A stretch of 64,000 nucleotides of DNA, from assembly GCA_038870975.1 (NCBI GenBank), contig JAVZJD010000002.1, positions 5,922-69,921 of the forward strand. The letters run 5' to 3'. The DNA is from Candidatus Bathyarchaeia archaeon (lineage in GTDB: Archaea; Thermoproteota; CALKCG01; B24). This document shows, piece after piece, positions 1 through 9,086 of this stretch. The notes below the pieces were generated by a model. The model saw only the letters and a program-made list of their open reading frames with translations. It was not told the DNA's origin and made no database searches. Made by a program: the position numbers and the translations under genes. Within the stretch, counting starts at the first letter, position 1. Each line of letters opens with the position of its first letter.

Positions 1-365
1 TCACTGCGGTCTTTGTAGAAGCCCCCGTATCTTGGGAAGCTGGCTACCTAGTCGTTGATCTGGCATTCTACGATAAGCCTTCTCTTGCTCCAAAGGGATA
101 TGTCATAGTATGGGAACTTGGTTTAAAAGAAGTCTTAGTTGAAGTTCCAATAGCTCCAAATCAATGGCATTCTCAAGCCGTATTTGCAGGCGTTAGAATT
201 GGGAAGACCTATACAGTTGTTGTGATACTTGAGAACGGTTTGAAGGGGACTTATATAACCTACTGGACAGCATACAGTAAGGTAAGTTATATGCACTGGG
301 GTTTCACAACTGGCTATATGAGGATGCCTAGGACTGAATCGGGATACATATACATAGAGGATTAA
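1..365 (+). CDS. 3' end of an unidentified protein-coding gene, open to the left window edge
   Basis: The frame is open from nt 3 to the TAA at 363-365 (...GYIYIED*). No motif recognised. The start lies outside the window, so it is absent from the ORF track. Confidence 0.35.
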   Translation, partial: TAVFVEAPVSWEAGYLVVDLAFYDKPSLAPKGYVIVWELGLKEVLVEVPIAPNQWHSQAVFAGVRIGKTYTVVVILENGLKGTYITYWTAYSKVSYMHWGFTTGYMRMPRTESGYIYIED

Positions 366-653
366 AGGGTTAGAGCCCTAAACCGTCTAGAATCTTCAAA
401 GTTTAGGAAAGTAGAAGTGGGCGAGTTTTACAGATGGATTTTGAGTGTGTACGCAAATTTTAGACTTTTTCCCATTTCCAGTTAAAAGTCATTGTGAAAA
501 TTCCTTATAAAGCTTTTATGAAACTATTCACACTAAAATACCTAGGATACATGTTGAAAATCTACACATTTAAAAAGAGCGATCAGAAATCCCATTCCAT
601 CTCCCAAGCAGTATCTATAATTGATAGACATATGGTGAAAAAAGGGTGAGATT

Positions 654-1010
654 GTGAAAATAGAAAATAGAATAGAGTCTGGAAACAAATGGACGCCGCA
701 GTATCAATTTATACCTATAGATGGAGAGACAAAGCAAATCTTGGAGAAGTCTTTTTCAAAGAGAAAGGTGCCTAGAGGATTCTGGAAAAAAATTTTAATT
801 GATTTTCTAAATTCAGATGAACAGTTCGTTGAGTTGAAGATAGAAGGGTTGGGATTGAACCCTAGACAGATAGCTCCTTTACTTTCATCTGCGCGAAACT
901 ATTTGAAACTTAACGATAAGATTCAAATACATCTTAAGAAGGGGAAAATCTACCTTGTGAAAATAGCTGAGAAGAAGAATTCTGAAGGGGCTATTCAGGT
1001 AACCATGTAG
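654..1010 (+). CDS. hypothetical protein, 118 aa, Lys-rich
   Basis: ORF with a GTG start preceded by a purine-rich stretch (aaaaagggtgag). It follows about 290 nt of AT-rich non-coding DNA. No motif recognised. Confidence 0.4.
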   Translation: MKIENRIESGNKWTPQYQFIPIDGETKQILEKSFSKRKVPRGFWKKILIDFLNSDEQFVELKIEGLGLNPRQIAPLLSSARNYLKLNDKIQIHLKKGKIYLVKIAEKKNSEGAIQVTM

Positions 1011-1077
1011 AGCGTATGGGGACGATATTTTTAACTTTCTTCATAGTTTCACTAGGTATTAGGGCTTTAATGTTTAA

Positions 1078-1872
1078 ATGAGTAGAAGTGAAATTTTTAG
1101 TTGTCTAACCTCTTTATTTGAGGTGGCTTTTTTGATCGTAGATGCACACGTTCATTTAAAACATGGAGATGTTAATAGGACTGAGTATAATGCTGAGACG
1201 ATAGTCTACACAATGGATGCCGTTGGTATTGACATTTCTGTCGTTTTCGCAATGAGTACTTCAACAAAACGTTCGATAGAGATGGCTCTTGAAGCTTGTA
1301 AAAAGTTTCCAGATAGGTTGATACCCTATGTTTACGCTATTCCGAGCTTCGAAAGAGTGGTTAACGATGAGATTAAAGAGGCTGTAGTCAAACTTGGTTT
1401 TAAAGGGGTTAAAATCCACGCTGGAGAGTATACCATAGCCGAATACGTCATAGACCCCCTTATAGAGCTGGTTGAAAGACTTGAAGTACCATGTTTAATA
1501 GACTGCGTAGGGAGGATTTCAGACGTAAAGCGTATAGCTGAAAAGTTTCCAGAAGCTAAAATAATCGTCGCGCATTTTGGAAAATACTTGTCAAGAGATG
1601 AAAACCTCATAGACCAGTTTATAGGCTTAGCCTCCACTCATGGAAACATCTACCTCGACACAAGCGGAGTGGTTTTAACCCAGAAAATAGTGGAAGCCAT
1701 TAAAAGAGTAGGGTCAGACCGTATAGTATTCGGAACAGATGGACCGCATGAAGAACCTGATACTGTGAGCTTCGCAAAGAGGGAGCTTGAAAAGATTAAA
1801 GCTTTAAAATTGAATTCGACGGATGAAGAGAACATATTGGGTAAGAGCATACTAAGACTTCTGAAAATTTAG
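1078..1872 (+). CDS. TIM-barrel metal-dependent amidohydrolase (amidohydrolase_2/TatD-like)
   Basis: Motifs DAHVHL, KIHAGE, AHFG and FGTDGP are spaced as in metal-dependent amidohydrolases. The real start is probably the TTG at 1132, just before LIVDAHVHL. Confidence 0.6.
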   Translation: MSRSEIFSCLTSLFEVAFLIVDAHVHLKHGDVNRTEYNAETIVYTMDAVGIDISVVFAMSTSTKRSIEMALEACKKFPDRLIPYVYAIPSFERVVNDEIKEAVVKLGFKGVKIHAGEYTIAEYVIDPLIELVERLEVPCLIDCVGRISDVKRIAEKFPEAKIIVAHFGKYLSRDENLIDQFIGLASTHGNIYLDTSGVVLTQKIVEAIKRVGSDRIVFGTDGPHEEPDTVSFAKRELEKIKALKLNSTDEENILGKSILRLLKI

Positions 1873-2462
1873 ACCTTTGAAGCCTCGCTTGGTTTTTCCC
1901 AGATATCCATCTCAAGCCTCTTAATCCGTTTACGCTCACGCGTGAGGTACTTGTATACTGTGCTGTGTTGACGCCCCTCTATAAGCATTTGAATGGCCTC
2001 TCGGGCGACTTCAAACCATGGGCTTTTGCCTATGAGGGAGACAGTATTGCCGTATACGGATATGTATACACCTGTTAGTTCTTCAATCATCTTCCTAGCC
2101 TTACCTTCGCGCCCTATTATTCTACCCTGAATCCTTCTAATGGCATTTTCATTCAAACCGTAGTCGTTTCTAAGGTCTAAAATCTCGAACATTGTATCTT
2201 CCTCTAAAAGCTTAAATGCTTTCTCTGGGCTGAAGCCGCGGCCTATGGCTAGAACTACGTTTTTAGCTATGAGTGGGCTTAAAACATCTCCATCGTCGGC
2301 TGGTGTTATCTCAACGTCTCCAGATGAGCTATCTATGTTAAGTCTTACGTGACATTTATCCTCTATAGCACGTTTAACCTCACCCTTAGCCCCTATTAAA
2401 ACGCCAACTCTATTGATTGGAATCCTCACTCTGAAGACACTCATATATTCTAACGCTCCCAT
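1869..2462 (-). CDS. KH-domain RNA-binding protein (archaeal Dim2/Pno1-like, two KH modules)
   Basis: IPINRVGVLIGAKGEVKRAIE and RIQGRIIGREGKARKMIEELTG are GxxG KH motifs. The ~195 aa size is typical of aDim2. Confidence 0.7.
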   Translation of the reverse strand: MGALEYMSVFRVRIPINRVGVLIGAKGEVKRAIEDKCHVRLNIDSSSGDVEITPADDGDVLSPLIAKNVVLAIGRGFSPEKAFKLLEEDTMFEILDLRNDYGLNENAIRRIQGRIIGREGKARKMIEELTGVYISVYGNTVSLIGKSPWFEVAREAIQMLIEGRQHSTVYKYLTRERKRIKRLEMDIWEKPSEASKV

Positions 2463-2605
2463 CTAAAGGAGTTTGCTCGAAGCTTTATACATTACTTCTC
2501 CCATATAAAGCTCAGTCTTCAGTTTTACGTCTATCGGTCAGATGTTTGGAACGGTGGACGTTAAGGTAACCTTATTAGGGGAATGAACTCCACATATTTT
2601 CAGAA

Positions 2606-3316
2606 ATGGCTGAGAAACCCATTAGACTGCGTGAAGTCTTAGAAGTCGTATATTCAGCCGAGAGATGGGATATCTTAAGAAAGCTTAGATTGCAGGCTAT
2701 ACAACTGCTTGAAGCCTTGGAAAGCTTCAGTATTAGGGGATTCATCCACGGAAGTGTGGCTAGAGGAGATGTAGATGAAGACAGCGATATTGACGTCGTT
2801 GTTCTTCAGCCCATACCAAGCCATGTTATAGAGACACGTCTACTAATGAGGGGCTTCAACATTTTTAGTAGAGTTTTAACGCAGGCTACTCCAAGCAATA
2901 CTCCTAAGGCTCACATATACTTAGACCCGCGGGAGAAGATATCTGTAACCTTTCCGCTTCTAAGCTTTAAAAGTAGAGAGCTTGAATTCTACAGATTCGG
3001 CGGTATGTTGGGGCTTAGAGGATTGAGGGAGAATATGAGAGTACCTGGATGTACTAAAAGGCTCACATTTATCAAACCGACGAATACAGGGCACCTTGAA
3101 TACCCAGTTGAAGGGTTTGAATCTGAAGTGGCTAGAGAGCTGGGCATAAGCGTAGCCGTCGTGGAAGAGCGTGTGAGAGTTTTAAAGAGGAGAGATGAAC
3201 ATGGAAGAACAGGATTATTCGTTAAGAGGCTTTTAACCGAGGGTGAGAATTTTGAGAGCGTTTTGGAGGAAATAGTTTCTAAAAATCCTCCGGCTAGGAG
3301 GAGGTTGAAGTTTTGA
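2606..3316 (+). CDS. Pol-beta-superfamily nucleotidyltransferase domain protein
   Basis: The motif GSVARGDVDEDSDIDVVV matches the minimal nucleotidyltransferase fold pattern (GS...D.D). Confidence 0.6.
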   Translation: MAEKPIRLREVLEVVYSAERWDILRKLRLQAIQLLEALESFSIRGFIHGSVARGDVDEDSDIDVVVLQPIPSHVIETRLLMRGFNIFSRVLTQATPSNTPKAHIYLDPREKISVTFPLLSFKSRELEFYRFGGMLGLRGLRENMRVPGCTKRLTFIKPTNTGHLEYPVEGFESEVARELGISVAVVEERVRVLKRRDEHGRTGLFVKRLLTEGENFESVLEEIVSKNPPARRRLKF

Positions 3317-4485
3317 GCTTAAACGTATATACACGTATCGGGGTATACTTAGCGGTTATTTCGCTACTATGGCTTGTAATCTACGTAATCGTTAGAATAT
3401 TTAGGCTCGACAGGAGAAACCTTCACATCAAGCCGTTTCTAGTCATGTATAAGACTGCTAGGTTTAATAAGATCCTCGTAGATTTAGCCAATAAGCATAA
3501 GGAGGCTTGGAAATACTTTTCAACGCTCAGCGTTTTCTTAGGATTTGGACTCCTACTGTTTTCAACGTATACACTCACTGAGAACATATTTAAATTGTTC
3601 ATGAAGTCGGAAGAAGCAATAGGGCTGGTGCCGATACTACCAGGCATAACCGTAGGGTTTGAGCCTTTAATCTACATTCTGCCAGCTATAATCATAGGTC
3701 TCACTGCCCACGAGATGATGCATGGTATTGCAGCTATACTTGAAAATATACCTGTTGAATCGTCGGGGATTCTTGCGGCTTTCATAATTTTTGGAGGTTT
3801 TGTAGAGCCGAATGAAGAAGCGTTCAGGAGGTCGAAACCATTATCTAAGCTTAGAACACTGTCGTCTGGCCCCTCGTCAAATCTCGCAGTAGCCACCATA
3901 ACGCTGATACTTTTAAATGTCCTTTTCCAACAGCCTCAAGGTCTCCTAGTCTATAGTGTCAGTCCTGATAGTCCGTTTTACAAGCTTGGCTTAGAAAGCT
4001 GGAGCCTGGTTAGTGAGATAAACGGGGTTAAAGTAGGAGTGACTAAGCCTTCAGTACCCTTCATAACGCCTTATCAGAATCCGCTGAAAGAGCTCAGTAA
4101 GTTGAACATAACGGATAATGTCGTCGTTAAAACGGATAAGGGCGTTTTCAACGTTTCTTTAGGTGAATTCAACGGGAGTTTAAACGTGAGGTTCTACGTA
4201 TATCCATACAGTCCTTCGATCTTCGGGGATCTTATACCTAAACCTGTGGCATTCACATGCTACTTAATCTTAATGTATGTATGCAATATAAACGTCGCTT
4301 TTGCGATCTTTAACATGTTGCCAGTATATCCTTTAGACGGCTATGGATTTGTAGAAGTGTTTCTAGTGAAGATAAAAAACCGTGTACTCAGGAATATTGC
4401 AACACTCTGTCTGAACGTTTTCGCACTAAGCCTTCTAGTATTAAACATGGGTTTAACTTTTCTGAGGTTTAGAATTTTGAGTTGA
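3313..4485 (+). CDS. site-2 protease family (M50) intramembrane metalloprotease with a PDZ-like insert
   Basis: Multiple TM segments, an HEMMHG zinc motif inside a TM helix, and a C-terminal NMLPVYPLDG motif. It overlaps the upstream gene by 4 nt. Confidence 0.7.
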   Translation: MSLNVYTRIGVYLAVISLLWLVIYVIVRIFRLDRRNLHIKPFLVMYKTARFNKILVDLANKHKEAWKYFSTLSVFLGFGLLLFSTYTLTENIFKLFMKSEEAIGLVPILPGITVGFEPLIYILPAIIIGLTAHEMMHGIAAILENIPVESSGILAAFIIFGGFVEPNEEAFRRSKPLSKLRTLSSGPSSNLAVATITLILLNVLFQQPQGLLVYSVSPDSPFYKLGLESWSLVSEINGVKVGVTKPSVPFITPYQNPLKELSKLNITDNVVVKTDKGVFNVSLGEFNGSLNVRFYVYPYSPSIFGDLIPKPVAFTCYLILMYVCNINVAFAIFNMLPVYPLDGYGFVEVFLVKIKNRVLRNIATLCLNVFALSLLVLNMGLTFLRFRILS

Positions 4486-4498
4486 AATAGAGCGGTGA

Positions 4499-5434
4499 AT
4501 GATGTTGCTCAAATGTCAGAGGTGCGGTGGAGAGGCTGTTTACAGGAGAATATACTCAGGTGAAGTCCTATGCCGTAGACACTTCTTAAAATCCATAGAG
4601 GATAGGGTGCACTATGCGATAAAACGCTATAGAATGTTCAATCCAGACGATAGAATAGGGTTGGCTCTTTCAGGAGGGAAAGATAGCTTAACGTTACTGT
4701 ACATTCTGTCTAAGATAGAGGCTGCTTTTCCAGAAGCTGAGCTCATAGCGGTTACGATAGATGAAGGTATAAAAGGCTACAGGAGAGCCTCTTTAAAAAT
4801 AGCTTCTGAAGCATGTAGAAAGCTTAAGATTCCACATCACGTATACAGTTTTAAAAAACTCTTCGGTATGACGCTCGATGAGCTTGTCAGAGTAGCTTCT
4901 GATAAGGGGCTTAAACCTAGGCCGTGCGTCTACTGCGGTATTTTACGGCGTAAAGCTTTGAATATGGCCTCTGAAGACCTTAAACTGGGTAAAATAGCTA
5001 CAGCTCATAACCTCGACGATGTCATTCAAACGTATGTGTTGAACTTAGCTCACGGAGACATTTACAGGTTTATAGCTTCAGGCCCGGTGACGGAGAGTAG
5101 ATTCACAGGAGTCCCTACACGGGTTAAACCTATGGTCTTTGTACCTGAAAAAGAAGTTTCACTATTCGCCGCTCTCATGGGGTTTAAATTTCAACCTACA
5201 CAGTGTCCGTATACTGGTTCATCGCTCAGATCTGACATTAGAGCCTTAATAAATCAGCTGGAGAGTAAACATCCAGGTATTATGTTCACCCTTTTGAAGA
5301 GTTTTGAGAAGATAGCAGAGGCTCTTGAACGGAGCGTAGAGTTTCCACAGGTTAGAAGATGCAGTGTATGTGGAAGTCCAGCTACGGGAGACCTGTGTAA
5401 AGCCTGTGAGCTTTTAACGAAACTTAAAGTCTAG
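4499..5434 (+). CDS. TtuA/NcsA-family tRNA 2-thiolation PP-loop ATPase
   Basis: PP-loop SGGKDS, an N-terminal CxxC...C zinc finger (CQRCGG...CRRH), a central PCVYCG motif and a C-terminal CSVCGS...CKAC. Confidence 0.75.
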   Translation: MMLLKCQRCGGEAVYRRIYSGEVLCRRHFLKSIEDRVHYAIKRYRMFNPDDRIGLALSGGKDSLTLLYILSKIEAAFPEAELIAVTIDEGIKGYRRASLKIASEACRKLKIPHHVYSFKKLFGMTLDELVRVASDKGLKPRPCVYCGILRRKALNMASEDLKLGKIATAHNLDDVIQTYVLNLAHGDIYRFIASGPVTESRFTGVPTRVKPMVFVPEKEVSLFAALMGFKFQPTQCPYTGSSLRSDIRALINQLESKHPGIMFTLLKSFEKIAEALERSVEFPQVRRCSVCGSPATGDLCKACELLTKLKV

Positions 5435-6438
5435 GGTATATTTTTATGCAGTCTGAAGGCTGCGGCTAGTGCGCCGTAAAGTCCTATATCGTCACCCAGA
5501 GGTGTTACGGCTATCTCCGCCTCTCTGTTAACTATGTAGTCTTTGAAGTGTTGTTTTATCGGGTTCAAAACATGTTCGACGTTGTTAAGTGTAACAGCTC
5601 CACCTAGAGTCACAAGGTCTGGGTCGTAGACGTTTATGGCCGATGCTACGCCCATAGCGTTTAAAACCCCTATGTTTTCCACTATCTCTATGCAGAGTCT
5701 ATCGTTCAGTTTAGCACCGTCATAAACAGATTTCGCGGTTATACCGTTTAAACTACCGTTTGAAGCTTTCCAAAGGTAGCTGTTCATAAAGTCTTCAAAT
5801 TTGTTTTTAGCTTCTATCATAAGCTTTGCAAAGTTTGGTATATTACGTCCAGAGCAGTAAGCCTCCCAATGTCCACGTTTACCACATCCGCAGACAAGTC
5901 TACCTTCACAATCTACGACTATGTGGCCTATCTCATGGGCATTTCCGTCTTTACCTAGAAGTAGCCGCCGGTCTACGTAAACGCCAGCACCTATACCTGT
6001 GCTTATAGTTATATAAACAATGTTGTCTACGTTTTTCCCCAAACCGTAAAACTTCTCACCGATGACGGATATGACACAGTCGTTGTAAACTTCTACCGGA
6101 ACCTTGAAAGCATCTTCTAAAGGCTTTCTAACAGGTATAAATTCGTAAGGTGCATTAGCTGGTTTTACAATTCCACCCCTAATTGGATCTTGAGGACCGA
6201 ATGCACCGACACCTATACCGACCATATCCCTAGGGTCTAGGCCAGCCTCGTTTTGGAGCCTCCGGATCATCGATATTACTTGGAGGCTTACTGCTTCAGC
6301 GCCTTCAAATAGATTCGTACGTTCTGAAATTCTCGCTATAAATTCGCCTTTCGCAGTGCCAGCGGCAACTCTTGTGTTTGTTGCACCTAAATCTACTGCT
6401 ATACCATATTCCATAGTGGTCAGAGAATACTTTGACAA
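5431..6438 (-). CDS. ROK-family sugar kinase (glucokinase-like)
   Basis: N-terminal DLGATNTRV ATPase motif and the ROK zinc motif GHIVVD...CGCGKRGHWEAYCSG. Confidence 0.75.
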   Translation of the reverse strand: MSKYSLTTMEYGIAVDLGATNTRVAAGTAKGEFIARISERTNLFEGAEAVSLQVISMIRRLQNEAGLDPRDMVGIGVGAFGPQDPIRGGIVKPANAPYEFIPVRKPLEDAFKVPVEVYNDCVISVIGEKFYGLGKNVDNIVYITISTGIGAGVYVDRRLLLGKDGNAHEIGHIVVDCEGRLVCGCGKRGHWEAYCSGRNIPNFAKLMIEAKNKFEDFMNSYLWKASNGSLNGITAKSVYDGAKLNDRLCIEIVENIGVLNAMGVASAINVYDPDLVTLGGAVTLNNVEHVLNPIKQHFKDYIVNREAEIAVTPLGDDIGLYGALAAAFRLHKNIP

Positions 6439-6493
6439 ACTATGTTAAAACATTTTCCAACGCGGCGTGATCATAATGGAGTATAAGCCTAGT

Positions 6494-8995
6494 TTAGAAG
6501 ACTAGGCTCCCTCTAATATTCGCTCTTCTAAAGTAAGTAATTGCGTCTTTGACAACTCTAGACATGCTTCTAACTTCTTCATCAGTTGTATAGTTGGGAA
6601 AGACATTCTTTTTGACAAGTTGTATGAACTCCTTGGGCTTAGGCATTGAAACAACGTAGAAGTCTCCACCGGTTATATCTGCAATCCTTTTAAGGAGTTC
6701 AACGCCAGTCCTATCAAGTCCATATTGGAACGTTTCTCCAAATGGTGCTATGGCAATTACAGGTATATGCATCATAGCTAGGTTTTTAGCCACAGATATA
6801 GCATCTTCATATGCCTTTCTCAAGCTGTCTAAGTAGAATGGGCTTACGAAGGTCGTACTTAAGGGAACGTTTGCTGCTCCATCGCTTATGAGGACTACGA
6901 CAGGTAGGACGTTTTTATTTCTTCTCTTTTCAGCTTTTATAAGCTCTAAAGCAGATTGAAGGCCTTTAGCGAGTGGAGTGTATCCACTTGCTTTTAAACG
7001 TCTGACCTTCCTGGCTACAACTAGTAGATTTCTAGTCGGGTGGGAAATAACCTTGGCATTGAACCCTTGGAAGGCTATGACCCCGACTTTATCACGTTTT
7101 GTGTAGGCTTCTCTGTGGAGACCCAGTATAACCTTTGATATTATGGGCAGGTAGTCTGCCATTGAATCGCTTAGATCTAAAAGGAAGACTATCGTTAGAA
7201 TAGACCTTGAAGATAGGAGTTTAACCTTTAAATCCTCAGGCTTAACGTTTATACTCAATTCACCAGACTGCGTAGTGGATATGTGTCCATTAGCTACGGC
7301 TGTTTGAATGGTGGGTATTAGAGCTAAGCTCGTATAAACGTCTCGTCTATAGCTTTCGTATCCCGCATATCTTCCGACTGTGGCGTAGGTTAAAGTGTGA
7401 GCTCTTCTACCTGAGAGGTAGAACGTCTTCCTCCTAGCTTGTTTTAGAGGGGTTGAGGGTAATGCTAGGGTTTTAACTTCACCTACGCTTTCGTATGTTC
7501 GTTCTCTGAAAACACCTCTACCCATATGCTTTTCTCCCAAAACTGTAATGAGGTCTTCTGAGCTTTTCTTCAACCATTCGGATTCAACGCCTTCTGAAGG
7601 CTTCGTCTTCACCTTTACTCCGTCTTTGGGCGGAGACTTAGCCCGTCGAAAAAACCTAGTAATCCCTCTACTCCCAGACCCTTTACCGCCACCGAAAACT
7701 CCCAAAGGGCTTGAAAATCGACTAGAATCCCTTCTTTTAGACTCCATTTCTTCGTTACGTGTTCCATGTTTCTCCAAACCGCGTGAATGTAACTGAGTAA
7801 TCTTCTCTTCTTCTGAACTGGTGGAAGGCCTAGGCTCTTCTAAGCTACCGTTTTTAAGCTTTGAGCTCAGCTTGGATGGGCCTTCTTTTAAGCTGGATTC
7901 ACGGCTAGAAGATATTTGTGAAATCTCTCGCACTATCTCCCAAGAAAGGGTGCTGTACAGTTGGTCGAACGTCTTGAGGATTTCTTCACGTGAGGCTGGC
8001 TCTTTAAATCCACCGCTTCGTGTCCTATGCATTAACGCTAAGAGGGCGGCTCTTCTAACGTGGGAAGCGTCAACAATCGGTTTATTTTCAAAAGCCGCTA
8101 AGGTCTTCGCGGTTTTAAGGATAACTATGTCGGGTCTATGTCCATCAACGTCTAGTGTTATGCAAAGCCTCACCGTAAGCCTAACTATGGAATCTGGGAT
8201 CAAAACTTTTGAGAGTATATTACGTGCTTCAACTATCCTCCTTCTAAGGTCCTCCTGTAAAGGCTCATATTTTGCTCTAAACCCTTCTGGGTCTGCTTCA
8301 AACTCTAGATTCCTCTTAACGATTTCAGCCCTTAATTCTTCATCTTTTACGGATGTAGATGCGACTGATATTGGGAATCTGTCTAAGAGCTGTGGCCGTA
8401 GTTCTCCCTCCTCAGGGTTCATGGTACCGACAAGTAGGAATCTTGAAGGATGTGCGACGGATATTGTCTCCCTTTCCACTATATTCCATCCTGAGGCTGC
8501 TGCGTCTAAAATGTCGTCTACTATGTGGTCTGGGAGGAGGTTTACTTCGTCTATGTACAGTATATTTCTATTGGCTTCAGCAAGCAGACCTGGTTGGAAG
8601 ACTCTAACTCCGTCTCGAAGCGTCTTCTCTATGTCTAGAGTCCCGATAAGCCTATCCTCAGTAACACCTAGGGGAACCGTTATGACCTTCATTTTTCTAA
8701 ATGAGTATTTAATGTTGCCTTCCCTCAATCTTCGGAAGCACTCTTCACACATTTCAGCTGGGTTATCTGGGTCGCAGTTGAAAATACAACCGTCTACTAC
8801 CTTTATCTCCGGAAGTAAGTCGGCTAAAGCTCGAACTATAGTACTTTTCCCCGAGCCCTTTTCTCCTCTTATTAGAACACCGCCTATTTGCGGGTTTATA
8901 GCATTAAGAATCAGGGAGAGTTTTAAATCCTCTTGGTCTACAAAAGCAGTAAAAGGGAAGACGGTACGCTTATCTTTAAGCGTTAATGAAGGCAT
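6494..8995 (-). CDS. fused Mg-chelatase-like AAA+ ATPase (ChlI/BchI-type) and vWA (ChlD/BchD-type) protein
   Basis: The N-terminus has Walker A GEKGSGKST, Walker B ILYIDEVNLL and GTMNPEEGELRPQLLDRF. A ~150-aa Ser/Glu/Lys/Arg low-complexity linker follows. The C-terminus has the vWA MIDAS motif LLDLSDSM. Confidence 0.7.
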   Translation of the reverse strand: MPSLTLKDKRTVFPFTAFVDQEDLKLSLILNAINPQIGGVLIRGEKGSGKSTIVRALADLLPEIKVVDGCIFNCDPDNPAEMCEECFRRLREGNIKYSFRKMKVITVPLGVTEDRLIGTLDIEKTLRDGVRVFQPGLLAEANRNILYIDEVNLLPDHIVDDILDAAASGWNIVERETISVAHPSRFLLVGTMNPEEGELRPQLLDRFPISVASTSVKDEELRAEIVKRNLEFEADPEGFRAKYEPLQEDLRRRIVEARNILSKVLIPDSIVRLTVRLCITLDVDGHRPDIVILKTAKTLAAFENKPIVDASHVRRAALLALMHRTRSGGFKEPASREEILKTFDQLYSTLSWEIVREISQISSSRESSLKEGPSKLSSKLKNGSLEEPRPSTSSEEEKITQLHSRGLEKHGTRNEEMESKRRDSSRFSSPLGVFGGGKGSGSRGITRFFRRAKSPPKDGVKVKTKPSEGVESEWLKKSSEDLITVLGEKHMGRGVFRERTYESVGEVKTLALPSTPLKQARRKTFYLSGRRAHTLTYATVGRYAGYESYRRDVYTSLALIPTIQTAVANGHISTTQSGELSINVKPEDLKVKLLSSRSILTIVFLLDLSDSMADYLPIISKVILGLHREAYTKRDKVGVIAFQGFNAKVISHPTRNLLVVARKVRRLKASGYTPLAKGLQSALELIKAEKRRNKNVLPVVVLISDGAANVPLSTTFVSPFYLDSLRKAYEDAISVAKNLAMMHIPVIAIAPFGETFQYGLDRTGVELLKRIADITGGDFYVVSMPKPKEFIQLVKKNVFPNYTTDEEVRSMSRVVKDAITYFRRANIRGSLVF

Positions 8996-9086
8996 CTTCT
9001 TCTAATAAGTTTAAGGGAGAATCTGTCTATTAAACATATTTTTATTTGGTTTGAAAAGAAAAATTGAGAGAAAAGAGATTTAGGAG

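Noticed and set aside
7821-9005. A 394-aa ORF on the plus strand, antisense to the ChlI/ChlD-like gene. Also the other antisense ORFs at 7548-7796 and 8359-8607.
   Set aside because: The Ser/Leu-rich low-complexity translation has no motifs and lies entirely inside a gene with strong family motifs on the other strand. This is a typical shadow ORF caused by codon bias.
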